64,000 nt of DNA from Candidatus Hydrogenedentota bacterium. Lineage in GTDB: Bacteria > Hydrogenedentota > Hydrogenedentia > Hydrogenedentales > SLHB01. Under the pieces are notes generated by a model. That model was not told the DNA's origin. It worked only from the letters and a program-made list of their open reading frames with translations, and ran no database searches. A program made the translations under genes and the position numbers. The stretch spans positions 39,705 to 103,704 of the forward strand of contig BTWA01000021.1 of assembly GCA_045863295.1 (NCBI GenBank), read 5' to 3'. Of this stretch, positions 47,738 to 57,917 are shown in pieces; the stretch's first letter is position 1; every line of letters starts with the position of its first letter.

Positions 47738-49108
47738 CTATGCGGTGCGCCAGGGACCGGTGATGGCCAGCGTTAACCCGTTGTGCTGAATATTGACAAA
47801 GAGGGTGCTGCCGTCCGGAGAGAACGTGGCACCCGCCAATTCAGAGGCACTCACAGCGTTTCGGCCGAATTTGTAGATACTCCCCTCGGGAGTGATTCCT
47901 ACGAGGAATTGGTCCCCGTCTCCGTCTTCGCAAACCACCAAATCGCCCCAGGGTGCCACGGTTAGATTATCGCAGTTCTCGATGAGAGTGCCCTCATTCG
48001 GTTCGACGAACAACTCAAGTCGTCCTCGTTTGATGGACTCTCCCTGCGTGTACTTCCATATCTGGCCTTTCTTTGCATGTCCGCCGTTGGTGCAAGCAAA
48101 GTAGATGCCGCCATGGCCGTACCACATGCCCTCGCCTCGAGCAAACCGGGCTGCGCCTCCCTCGAACCCCTGTATCCGCAAGTCGTCGTTGGGACTTTCC
48201 ACGTCTTGCATGTCCATCCATTCAACTTCAAAGCCGGCTCCCACTGAAATAGCATCGCCTTCGCCCCAGTTTCGCGTGTCGCACGATTTCCTATCGCATA
48301 CTACGAGCGATTGGAGAATGCCGCCGCCGGCCAAATGGCCGGGGGTATTCGGCACAAAGCGGTAGATTAGCCCGTCTTGCCGGTCTTCCGTTTGGTATAC
48401 GATTCCGAATTGAGGATCCACGGCAACCGCTTCGTGGTTGAAGCGGCCCATTGCCTTCAAGGCAATGGGTTTGGTCAGCCCACCGTTTGCCTGGGCGGGC
48501 ACTTCAAAGTTGTAGCCATGATCCTGTTCAAACATGCCTTCGGCTCTTTGCACCGTTTCTTCACACGTGACCCACGATCCCCAAGGTGTGGGGCCTCCAG
48601 CGCAATTGCGTATGGTGCCGGTCAGGCTGAGATACTCATGCACGACGGATTGCGTTTTCGTGTCGAATACAACTGTTGTGGTCCCGCCGATGCACGGCTG
48701 TTGGCCATGCGCGGTGTCGTACAAGAGTTCTTTCGGCGCGCGCCCGAAGAGCCGGTTCATTTCACCGTATGGTCCCATCTTATGCGCGTCGTTGGAGAGT
48801 TCGTGGTTTCGCACCAGAATGGTCTTGCCTTCAGGTCCAGGAAACGCTGCCATGCCGTCGGCAGCGCCCGGCACCAGAAACCCATCGTTCATCGAATCGC
48901 CCATTTTCGAAATGATCTTGTAGGTGAATTTCTCTGGTAGATCGAAAATTCCGTTGGGGTCTGGAATCGTCGGTCCAAAGCCGTCCACAATATTGGAAGC
49001 CATGGGTGCGGCCCAAGCATGATTTTCCATCAATGTGCGCATGCCCGCGAAACCGGCGGCGGCGGCCATGCTGAATTTGAAAAAGGAACGGCGAGAGTAT
49101 GTAGTCAC
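47738..49108 (-). CDS. phoX: PhoX-family (DUF839) alkaline phosphatase, Tat-exported
   Basis: SRRSFFK; RNHE, NCAGGPTPWGSWVTCEE, MGRFNHEA, DNL and TLFVNIQH. Confidence 0.9.
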   Translation of the reverse strand: MTTYSRRSFFKFSMAAAAGFAGMRTLMENHAWAAPMASNIVDGFGPTIPDPNGIFDLPEKFTYKIISKMGDSMNDGFLVPGAADGMAAFPGPEGKTILVRNHELSNDAHKMGPYGEMNRLFGRAPKELLYDTAHGQQPCIGGTTTVVFDTKTQSVVHEYLSLTGTIRNCAGGPTPWGSWVTCEETVQRAEGMFEQDHGYNFEVPAQANGGLTKPIALKAMGRFNHEAVAVDPQFGIVYQTEDRQDGLIYRFVPNTPGHLAGGGILQSLVVCDRKSCDTRNWGEGDAISVGAGFEVEWMDMQDVESPNDDLRIQGFEGGAARFARGEGMWYGHGGIYFACTNGGHAKKGQIWKYTQGESIKRGRLELFVEPNEGTLIENCDNLTVAPWGDLVVCEDGDGDQFLVGITPEGSIYKFGRNAVSASELAGATFSPDGSTLFVNIQHNGLTLAITGPWRTA

Positions 49109-49255
49109 GGCAAGAACTCCTGCTCAGCCCGATGTGTGTGCAGCTTTTGCAGGAATACCTTAGGGAGAGCCTGTTAGCATCGAATTAGAATCGTGTAAGA
49201 GATACGGGTTGTCTTGCCCGCTTCGTAATTTGCGACCCGTACTGGCACGAATCGA

Positions 49256-49693
49256 CTAATCCTGCCCCTCTTCCGCCAACACCATTTCCAAATGTCCTTC
49301 CACATCCTGCAGCGTCACTCCCGCTGCCCGCACGATTTGCTGCCGATCCACGAGGTAGTACTCCGGGAAATTCCGCACTTTGAGTGCTTGCAATGATTTC
49401 TCGCCTACGTCTACGGCGATCGAGTAATTCGCAGGCCGGAATTTAAGGTTGTCTGGCAATTCGTCTGCGTCGGTTTCGTTGCAGACCCCAACAAAAGTAA
49501 CGCCCAAATGCCGGTATGCCTCCACAAGATCATTGTTTTCCGGGATGTCGCGTATGCAATGCTTGCACCATGCCGCAAACACGCAAATGACGATAATGCT
49601 TCCGGCCATCCGATTTGGATGTTGCTCTGCTCCGTACCACGTGCCCAAGGTCAGTTCGGGCAGTGGCTTTCCCATTAATGGGTGCTCTTTCAT
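49256..49693 (-). CDS. TlpA/redoxin thioredoxin-fold protein
   Basis: AAWCKHC and FPEYYLVD. Confidence 0.85.
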   Translation of the reverse strand: MKEHPLMGKPLPELTLGTWYGAEQHPNRMAGSIIVICVFAAWCKHCIRDIPENNDLVEAYRHLGVTFVGVCNETDADELPDNLKFRPANYSIAVDVGEKSLQALKVRNFPEYYLVDRQQIVRAAGVTLQDVEGHLEMVLAEEGQD

Positions 49694-49867
49694 ACTGCAA
49701 GTCTCCCCGTCTGATTCTGGCTCATGCAAATCCTGGCGCAAGGCCTCGGCCTTCCTCCCATCTTCCGCTTGCGGCACCGCTCCGCGACGGTTAATATCCT
49801 TTCCGACTCTGCGCAACGGTAACCGGGCCGCGTGGTAATTATATGCAAAGCACACAAGGAATTTTCA

Positions 49868-52057
49868 GTGCCAGACACCTCTGACGACCATTCAATCCAA
49901 GCCGAGAATCGGTTACCTCCCGTGCAAACGACCAATCCGGAGGCCGATCCCACATCTCCTGGTACTGCACGAGCGGCACGTGCGGCGCAATTTGTATTCC
50001 TCAGCCTCGGCGAATTGTTGCTCCTCGGCGCCTTCATCACCTCCGCCGGATACAATCTGGCGTTGAGCGGCTTGCTGGGTGTCGTGGGGGTTTGGACCTG
50101 TTCCTCCGGGCTCGCCCTGATCGCAATCCAGTACGTCTGGTTAAGCAATCGAGGCTTTTTCGGCGAAGTGCCCTCGCCCGAGACGAAGGCAACGCACCGA
50201 TCTCGCCTTCTGCTTTTCTGGACCTATCTGATAGTCATTCTTGTCGCGCAGCATCACATACGGAGCCTCGATCACTGGGGACTCGCCGTAGGCCACGATC
50301 AGCCTCAGTACTATGTGTACCTTCATTCCTGGGTATTTGATCGCGATCTTGAGTTTAACAATGAATACAAGATGATTCCTGGTACGGCTGAAATGATGTG
50401 GGAAAACCACAGTGAGATCCCCAACTATAATGTGGCGCCTATTGGCTCCGCCATTGTGTGGATGCCGTACTATCTGATCGCCATTGTCATGTGTCATGTT
50501 ATGAATGCGGTGGGCATCCCTATGCCGCTCGACGGCATGGCTTCGCCCTATGCGATGGCCGTTATCTTTGGAGGCATCACGTCCGCGTTTCTAGGCCTTT
50601 TGTGCATCCACGCCTCGCTGCGGCATTGGTTCTCCGAACGGGTGTCGTTCTGGACTGTCATGGTACTGCTGGCAGGTTCGCCTCTCCTGTGGTACATCCT
50701 CGACGAGCCTCTAATGTCTCATTCCTCTTCCTTTTTTATGGCATCGGTTGTCTTTTGGCTTTGGGTTCGTGGCCACGACCGGCGGACATTGCCGCAATGG
50801 ATCCTCCTCGGCGCGGCCATAGGACTTGCCATGTGCGTACGCCCGAACCACGCTGTCCTGCTTCTTCTTGCCGTGGCAGATGCAATTCGGCAAATGGGGT
50901 TAAACCGGACGTATGCGCGTTGCTTTGCCGGACTCGGACTCTGCATCGCCGCCGCATTGGCGGTATTTAGCCTCCAATTGCTCACATGGTACTTACGCTT
51001 TGGGGCAAATCCACCTCCCGGCGCCGCAGTCGACTGGCTGTCGCCCGACTTCGTACAAATCCTGTTTTCCACCCAGAACGGCGTGATAGCGTGGCATCCC
51101 GTATTGGCACTGGGCTTTCTGGGACTGCCCCTTGTATGGCACCGCTCACGATACGCCGCCGTCCTGATTGCCATGGCCCTGTTGATATACACATACTTCA
51201 ACGCAGCACTTTGGGATTGGTGGGGGGGCGGATCGTTCGGCATGCGCCGGTTCGTATGTGTACTGCCATTCTTCACGCCCGGCTTGGCCGCGGCAAGTCA
51301 ATGCGCCGCCAACCTGATTCGCAAACGACCTTCGGTAGTTATGATTCCCGCTGTTGCGTTAATCCTCGTATACAATGTGATGTTAATGGTGCAAAGCCGA
51401 CGTAGTTGGACTTCATACAATGAGCCGAAATCGTTTCAGTTTGTATTGATGGGCGCCGCGGCATCTTTTCACGAATCGTTCGGAAGCCCGTTCTCGTTTC
51501 CCGCGAATTTATGGTTTGCCCTACGCCATCGCGTGCCGTTGTCTCAATATGATGTTTCCACCGGCGTACCGCTTCGGCCATGGGTTGAATTGAAGGGTCT
51601 GGCGCTGAAACCAGTGCTTGGAAGCGGCTGGTATCACAAGACACTCGCGGTTACCACTGTACAGGGCGCGGCGGTGGCCAACGCTCGAGAAAGCGAAGTC
51701 TTTGTCCACTTGCGCGACAACCAGGCGTTCGTGATTGAAATGACGTTGGAAGCTCCGCTATCTATTCAGGGAACGCAATTGGTATCGTTTCACCTCAATG
51801 GCAAGCTCTTAGGGCAAGCCGAACTGAACAAGGACACTAAAACCGAAGTCCGTCTGGACGTACCTGCCGACCTCCCACATTTCGGCACCAACGTGTTGCA
51901 CTTCTCATGGTCGGTTGTTACGGAGAACCGTGCCGAAGACTTAATTCAATCGATGCAGTATGGCGGGCTGAAGATCCCGAACGAGGAACCCATACGCCAG
52001 GCCGGCTACCTCTACCGTCTGGCCGTCAAAGCGCCGGAACCCTCGGAACAGCCCTGA
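49868..52057 (+). CDS. GT-C-type (ArnT/PMT-like) membrane glycosyltransferase
   Basis: Many TMs; DQPQYYVYLHSWVFDRDL, MSH, VRP and WWGGGSFGMRRF. Start uncertain. Confidence 0.75.
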   Translation: MPDTSDDHSIQAENRLPPVQTTNPEADPTSPGTARAARAAQFVFLSLGELLLLGAFITSAGYNLALSGLLGVVGVWTCSSGLALIAIQYVWLSNRGFFGEVPSPETKATHRSRLLLFWTYLIVILVAQHHIRSLDHWGLAVGHDQPQYYVYLHSWVFDRDLEFNNEYKMIPGTAEMMWENHSEIPNYNVAPIGSAIVWMPYYLIAIVMCHVMNAVGIPMPLDGMASPYAMAVIFGGITSAFLGLLCIHASLRHWFSERVSFWTVMVLLAGSPLLWYILDEPLMSHSSSFFMASVVFWLWVRGHDRRTLPQWILLGAAIGLAMCVRPNHAVLLLLAVADAIRQMGLNRTYARCFAGLGLCIAAALAVFSLQLLTWYLRFGANPPPGAAVDWLSPDFVQILFSTQNGVIAWHPVLALGFLGLPLVWHRSRYAAVLIAMALLIYTYFNAALWDWWGGGSFGMRRFVCVLPFFTPGLAAASQCAANLIRKRPSVVMIPAVALILVYNVMLMVQSRRSWTSYNEPKSFQFVLMGAAASFHESFGSPFSFPANLWFALRHRVPLSQYDVSTGVPLRPWVELKGLALKPVLGSGWYHKTLAVTTVQGAAVANARESEVFVHLRDNQAFVIEMTLEAPLSIQGTQLVSFHLNGKLLGQAELNKDTKTEVRLDVPADLPHFGTNVLHFSWSVVTENRAEDLIQSMQYGGLKIPNEEPIRQAGYLYRLAVKAPEPSEQP

Positions 52058-52058
52058 A

Positions 52059-52589
52059 ATGGATTTGGTGATTCGACAGGCAACGATCGAAGATGCTGCC
52101 ACCGTCTTGGGGATATTGAACGAAGCGTCGCGCTGGCTGGAGGATTCCGGCATGGCCATGTGGCACACCTATGAACTCGACGACGATCATTTGCGGTCCG
52201 GTGTCGCATCCGGACAATTCGTATTGGCAAGTGTCGAGGGCAACCCCGCGGCCACGCTGCGATTCCAATTGGAAGACTTGCTGTTCTGGCCGGACCAGCC
52301 ACAAGATGAATCCACCTACATTCATCGGTTTGCCGTTCGGCGCCAATACGCAGGCAAAGGCGTGTCCGCGGAAATGTTGCAGTGGGTGGTCGATCGCACT
52401 CGGGAATTGGGCCGCCACTACGTCCGGCTTGACTGCCAGGCAAACCGCCCCAAGTTGCGCGCCGTTTACGAACGGTTCGGATTCAGACATCACAGCGATC
52501 GTCAGGTGGGGCCGCACTTCGTAGCGCGATACGAGTACGATGTGTTGGACTCCTTCCCATCGACACACCTGCGTGACGCCGCACCGTAA
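52059..52589 (+). CDS. GNAT N-acetyltransferase
   Basis: YIHRFAVRRQYAGKGV and RLDC...YERFGF. Confidence 0.9.
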   Translation: MDLVIRQATIEDAATVLGILNEASRWLEDSGMAMWHTYELDDDHLRSGVASGQFVLASVEGNPAATLRFQLEDLLFWPDQPQDESTYIHRFAVRRQYAGKGVSAEMLQWVVDRTRELGRHYVRLDCQANRPKLRAVYERFGFRHHSDRQVGPHFVARYEYDVLDSFPSTHLRDAAP

Positions 52590-52653
52590 ACGGGCGGGCG
52601 AGCGCTTCGCGCGAGCGAAATGAGGCGTGCACGAATCAAGCCATGAAATCTCG

Positions 52654-53355
52654 TTATCCCGGTCCTTTTCGCAGGGGGCGAATCTCCACCTCGCTTATCA
52701 CCGTTCCTGCATCGGACTTCAGCACATCCCGGCATACTTGACCCACCTGTTCCGGAGTCACTTTCCAGGAAGAATCGGCCATGGGATCGTGCCGGTGCGA
52801 CGCGGAATCGACTGAACCCGGATAGACCGTTGTGACTTTAATTCCAAATTCCCGCACTTCGTGAAACAATGATTGAGAAAAGCCCGTCACGGCAAATTTG
52901 GTTGCGGCGTATCCACTGCCTCCTGGCAGCGGCACTTTGCCAGATATCGAGGAGATATTGATGATGTGACCCTGTCGCTGCGCTTTCATATGGGAAAGCA
53001 CCGATTTGGTGGCATAAAAGAGGCCACTAACATTGGTCTCCACCATGGCTTGCCATTCGTCAATAGTCAGGTCAAATACGTTTTTTCGGGTAACAATGCC
53101 CGCATTGTTCACCAAGGCGTTGACACCGCCGAGGCCGTCAATCAGCGCGGCAATTGCAAACTCTGTCTGATCTGGATCGCGAAGATCGCACGCGGCCGAG
53201 AAACAGCGTGCACCCTGCTCTTCCAGCGTCTGACGCAAGTCCTCCAGGGAATCGCGAGAACGCGCCAGCAGACCCACGTCAAAACCGTCCATGGCCAGAT
53301 AGGTGGCGATGCCCCTGCCGATTCCTCCACTCGATCCCGTAATAATCACTTTCAT
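52654..53355 (-). CDS. Short-chain dehydrogenase/reductase
   Basis: TGSSGGIG, NNAG and YAATK. Confidence 0.94.
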   Translation of the reverse strand: MKVIITGSSGGIGRGIATYLAMDGFDVGLLARSRDSLEDLRQTLEEQGARCFSAACDLRDPDQTEFAIAALIDGLGGVNALVNNAGIVTRKNVFDLTIDEWQAMVETNVSGLFYATKSVLSHMKAQRQGHIINISSISGKVPLPGGSGYAATKFAVTGFSQSLFHEVREFGIKVTTVYPGSVDSASHRHDPMADSSWKVTPEQVGQVCRDVLKSDAGTVISEVEIRPLRKGPG

Positions 53356-53484
53356 GAAGAACTACTCCACATGGTGCATTGCGAATGACGGCGCCCCTAC
53401 GCTATATACTATTGGTTCGTCAGCATAGCACGAGTAACTTGGGTTCGGCAGGGTTGCACTTGATGAATCTCTGAGGTTGCGCCA

Positions 53485-54438
53485 ATGGATGGAAATACCT
53501 GTTGCACACCGCAACGCAACTCGGATGCGGTACAGCCCGCACCCGCGGGTTGCTGCCTGCCGTTTACCCAAGCCACGGCAGATACTACAAGAGGCATGCG
53601 TCTTCTAAGGGGCGGCTCCTTTCTCATGGGATCGGACAATGGCACGTATCCCGCCGACGGCGAGGGCCCTGTCCGTGAAGTCACGTTGAGTCCTTTTTAT
53701 GTCGATGTTGCTTCCGTCACGAACAAGCAATTCGACCGATTCGTGAAGGCATCCGGCTATCAGACCGAGGCCGAACGCTTTGGATGGTCGTTCGTGTTTC
53801 ACCTGCTCCTTTCGCCGGAAGCGCTGCAGAAAGTCAAAGTTCGCGTGCCAGGCGTGGAGTGGTGGTGCAAAGTGCCTGGAGCCGATTGGCGTCATCCAGA
53901 AGGGCGTGGCTCCTCAATCCGTGACCGCATGGACCATCCCGTCGTGCATGTTTCCTGGAATGATGCGGCGTCCTATGCGGCTTGGGCGGGAAAGCGTCTT
54001 GCCACGGAGGCCGAATATGAGTATGCCGCGCGGGGTGGCCTGGAACAGAAAACCTATCCATGGGGCGACGAACTTACACCCGGTGGCAAGCACTACTGTA
54101 ACATCTGGCAAGGACATTTCCCGAGGATGAACACGCAGGAAGACGGGTATCTGGGCACTGCGCCGGCACGCTCGTTTCCGCCCAATGGCTACGGCCTGTT
54201 TAACATGTCTGGCAATGTCTGGGAATGGTGCTGGGACTGGTGGAGCCCGGACTATCACCTGAACGGTTCGCGTCAAAATCCCAAGGGCCCGCCGTCCGGT
54301 CCTGCGAAAGTCATGCGGGGCGGATCATTTCTGTGTCACGAATCCTACTGCAACAGGTACCGCGTGTCTGCGCGGACGGCCAATACTCCCGACAGCGCCA
54401 CGTCCAATATGGGTTTCCGTTGCGTGGTGGATGCGTAA
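53485..54438 (+). CDS. Formylglycine-generating enzyme (SUMF1 family)
   Basis: HPVVHVSWNDA, GNVWEW, RGGSFLCHESYCNRYR (both catalytic Cys) and GFRC. Confidence 0.93.
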   Translation: MDGNTCCTPQRNSDAVQPAPAGCCLPFTQATADTTRGMRLLRGGSFLMGSDNGTYPADGEGPVREVTLSPFYVDVASVTNKQFDRFVKASGYQTEAERFGWSFVFHLLLSPEALQKVKVRVPGVEWWCKVPGADWRHPEGRGSSIRDRMDHPVVHVSWNDAASYAAWAGKRLATEAEYEYAARGGLEQKTYPWGDELTPGGKHYCNIWQGHFPRMNTQEDGYLGTAPARSFPPNGYGLFNMSGNVWEWCWDWWSPDYHLNGSRQNPKGPPSGPAKVMRGGSFLCHESYCNRYRVSARTANTPDSATSNMGFRCVVDA

Positions 54439-54453
54439 AGTACCGGCTTGGGT

Positions 54454-56034
54454 CTATCCTTCCCGCGCGGCCAATTCTTCCTTGGCCTTCTTCTTCAACT
54501 CCAGTTTCAGAATCTTGCCCGTTGGGCCGAGCGGAAGGGATTCACAAATCTCCACGATGCGGGGATATTTATAGGCCGCCATTTCCTTTTTTGACCACGC
54601 AACAATGTCTTCGCCGGTCAACTTCGATCCGGGCTTGAGAATTACGTAGGCCTTCGCCTCTTCACCGTATTCTTCGTGTGGAATTCCGATTACCGCCGCA
54701 AGCGAGATCTCGGGATGCGTCAGCAACACTTCTTCCAACTCGCGTGGATAGACGTTGAACCCACCGCGGATGATCATGTCTTTGATCCGATCCACGATGT
54801 AAAAATAACCGTCGTCATCCATCGTCCCTACATCGCCCGTATGGAACCAACCGCCTTTGAACGCTTCCTCGTTGGCTTCGTCGCGTTTGTAATAGCCTTT
54901 CATGACATTGTGGCCGCGAATGACGATTTCGCCTTTCTCGCCCGCGGGAAGAAAGCGCATATTGTCGTCGACGATGGCCATCTCTACTCCCCAGATCGGA
55001 AAACCGATCGATCCCGGTTTGCGCGGCCGGCTCATCTGATTGAAGCTTGCCACCGGCGATGTTTCGGACAGCCCGTAGCCTTCCAGGATCGGGACGTTGA
55101 ACTTCTCTTCGAACTGTCGCATCACTTCCACCGGAAGCGCTGCCGCGCCCGAACTGCAGATGCGCAGGTTCCGGGCAATCTTTTCCAGGTCATATTTGCC
55201 GGCCTCTTCGTAATTCAGCAGGTCCCAGAACATGGTAGGTACCGCGGAAAACATCGTGATGTTCTCGTCCTGCATGGCCTGCAGCACGCTGGCCGGTTCA
55301 AATCGGGGTAACAACACCAACGTTGCCCCAGCCATCACCCCCACGTGCATCAGGCAAGTGTGACCAAACGAATGGAATAGCGGTAACACGACCAGCACGT
55401 TGTCGTCACACGATGCATTGACCAACTCGCGCGTTATTCTCGTATTGATCAGCAAATTCGAATGACTCAATTCCGCGCCTTTGGGCCAGCCCGTGGTGCC
55501 TGACGTATAGATGATTACCGCCGTGTCGTCCGGGCGTGTCTGAACCAAGTCGCACGTCGAAGGCTGATCGCCCATCAGGTCTCCCAGCGTTTTCACGCCG
55601 TCAATGGGAGACGGACCAAAGGGCACAGTCGGAATAATGAAGAAATGATCGCAGTTCTCGGCATCCTTGAAGCCCGCATACCCGGCCTGGGCGAGCGGCA
55701 ACTGTTCCGTGCCCTCAAAGCAGATATACGCGACGGCGTCGGAATCCGAAAGGTGATAGGCAATTTCACGAGGTCGTAAAAGCACGTTCAAGGGAACAAG
55801 CACAGCGCCCGCCTTCAACACTCCATACGTGACGATGGGAAAATACGGCAGGTTGGGACACGACAGGGCAACTTTGTCCCCTTTGCGAATTCCGATGGAC
55901 TTAAGGCCGTTGGCCACCTGATTGGCCATTTCATTGATCTGTTGGTAACTGAACCGAAAATCGCGGAAGACGACCGCCGTCTTGTCCGGAAACTCCGCCG
56001 CGCTGGTCTCCAATACTGTCGCCAAATTCAGCAT
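54454..56034 (-). CDS. fadD: Long-chain fatty acid--CoA ligase
   Basis: YTSGTTGWPKG, GYGLSET, WFHTGD and TGKI. Confidence 0.92.
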   Translation of the reverse strand: MLNLATVLETSAAEFPDKTAVVFRDFRFSYQQINEMANQVANGLKSIGIRKGDKVALSCPNLPYFPIVTYGVLKAGAVLVPLNVLLRPREIAYHLSDSDAVAYICFEGTEQLPLAQAGYAGFKDAENCDHFFIIPTVPFGPSPIDGVKTLGDLMGDQPSTCDLVQTRPDDTAVIIYTSGTTGWPKGAELSHSNLLINTRITRELVNASCDDNVLVVLPLFHSFGHTCLMHVGVMAGATLVLLPRFEPASVLQAMQDENITMFSAVPTMFWDLLNYEEAGKYDLEKIARNLRICSSGAAALPVEVMRQFEEKFNVPILEGYGLSETSPVASFNQMSRPRKPGSIGFPIWGVEMAIVDDNMRFLPAGEKGEIVIRGHNVMKGYYKRDEANEEAFKGGWFHTGDVGTMDDDGYFYIVDRIKDMIIRGGFNVYPRELEEVLLTHPEISLAAVIGIPHEEYGEEAKAYVILKPGSKLTGEDIVAWSKKEMAAYKYPRIVEICESLPLGPTGKILKLELKKKAKEELAAREG

Positions 56035-56142
56035 ACCGGCTCCTTCGTGTTCCGGACGGGAAAGTTGGGCCGCGTCCGGGATACAGCCAATTCAAACCCT
56101 GACCTTACGAACGATCGTAAATGACGCCGCACACTGTACGGT

Positions 56143-57714
56143 TTATGCCGTCGTGGCCGCCGCCGTCATCTTGCGCAATTCGGTTTTCATCACCTTGCCC
56201 GTGGGCCCCATTGGAAGCGTTTTGACCAACTCCACGCTCCGCGGATACTTGTAGGCGGCCATTTCCTTCTTGGCCCACGCCACAATCTGTTCGGGCGTTA
56301 CTGTGGAACCCGGTTCCGGTATGACGTAGGCCTTCACTTCCTCACCGTATTCCGGATCCGGGATGCCAATCACCGCCGCCAGCGAAACATCCGGATGTGT
56401 CATCAGCACTTCTTCCACCTCGCGGGGATACACGTTGAAACCTCCGCGAATAATCATGTCCTTAATGCGATCGACAATGTAATAGTACCCGTCTTCGTCC
56501 TTGTATCCTACATCGCCCGTGTGAAACCACCCGCCCCGGAAAGCCTCGTCATTGGCCTCATCTCGCCGGTAGTATCCTTTCATCACATTATGCCCGCGAA
56601 TGACAATCTCGCCTGTCTGCCCCACCGGAACTTCATTCATATCGTGATCGACCACACGCATCTCCACACCCCAGACCGGAAGTCCAATCGATCCGACTTT
56701 GCGTTCGCGATCCTGACGATTGAAGCTGGCCACCGGCGACGTTTCGCTGAGCCCGTAACCTTCAAGGATGGGAATGCCGAATTTCTCTTCGAACTGCCGC
56801 AACACTTCTACCGGCATGGCCGCTCCGCCCGAGACGCCAATCCGCAAGTTGCTTTTGATCTTGGCCAGATCATAGTTCTGCAGATCGGGGCAATTCAGCA
56901 ATTCCCAATACATCGTAGGCACGCCCGCGAACATGGAAATGCTCTCGTCCAGAAAGGTCTGAAGGACTTCTTTCGCTTCAAATCGAGGTAACAAGACGAT
57001 CGTCGCCCCGCCGAGTATGGCAGTATTCATCAACGCGGACAGGCCAAACGAATGGAAAAGCGGGAGCACCGCCAAAACCCGATCCTCGGGTGGTCCGATG
57101 ATCAAATCCCGGCCAATCATGCAGTTCATGAGCATGTTGGAATGGGTCAACTCAGCGCCTTTGGGCCGGCCCGTAGTACCGGACGTATAGATGATCAGAC
57201 AACTGTCATCCGGTCGCGTTTGAACCGTTGGAAATGTCATTGGCCGATCCGCCATGACTTCCATAAGCGTCTGCACGCCGTCAATGGGCGATTCGCCGCC
57301 CGGCATGGTCGGTATGATACAGAAATGCTTGCAGGTGCCAGCTTCCTTGAATCCTTCAAATGCCATCTGCCCAATCGGCAGAACTTCGGTCCCTTCGAAC
57401 GCGATATAGGCGACCGATTCTGAATCGGACAAGTGGTACGCAATTTCGCGCGGCCGCAACAACACGTTTAAGGGAACAACGACGGCCCCCGCCTTTAAGA
57501 TGCCGAAGTATACGACGGGGAAATACGGAAGATTCGGAATCGACATGGCGACTTTGTCGCCTTTGCGCACGCCCATGGCTTTCAAGGCCGCCGCGAACTG
57601 GCACGCCATGGCATTCAATGTCTGATAGGATAGACGGAACTGCTTATAGACAATGGCTTCCTTATCCGGATAGTCGCGTGCGCTGTTTTCGAGAATAACG
57701 GACAGATTCAACAT
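56143..57714 (-). CDS. fadD: Long-chain fatty acid--CoA ligase (tandem paralog)
   Basis: YTSGTTGRPKG, GYGLSET and WFHTGD. Confidence 0.92.
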   Translation of the reverse strand: MLNLSVILENSARDYPDKEAIVYKQFRLSYQTLNAMACQFAAALKAMGVRKGDKVAMSIPNLPYFPVVYFGILKAGAVVVPLNVLLRPREIAYHLSDSESVAYIAFEGTEVLPIGQMAFEGFKEAGTCKHFCIIPTMPGGESPIDGVQTLMEVMADRPMTFPTVQTRPDDSCLIIYTSGTTGRPKGAELTHSNMLMNCMIGRDLIIGPPEDRVLAVLPLFHSFGLSALMNTAILGGATIVLLPRFEAKEVLQTFLDESISMFAGVPTMYWELLNCPDLQNYDLAKIKSNLRIGVSGGAAMPVEVLRQFEEKFGIPILEGYGLSETSPVASFNRQDRERKVGSIGLPVWGVEMRVVDHDMNEVPVGQTGEIVIRGHNVMKGYYRRDEANDEAFRGGWFHTGDVGYKDEDGYYYIVDRIKDMIIRGGFNVYPREVEEVLMTHPDVSLAAVIGIPDPEYGEEVKAYVIPEPGSTVTPEQIVAWAKKEMAAYKYPRSVELVKTLPMGPTGKVMKTELRKMTAAATTA

Positions 57715-57917
57715 GCCCTTCACTGCTCCCTTTTTCCCCGCGGCCACCCACAGCCCGCGCGCCCAAGACTCCTTGACTCAATACAGTGGATACCCGGTTT
57801 TCGATCCATTGTCAACTTTTCCACCTCCCTTTGATCGATTCCTAACAAAACTCCGGTGACCAGCCGACCCCATTTTCTTGCCTGATTGCACGTGCCTTGT
57901 CTACTCTCACCCTTACC

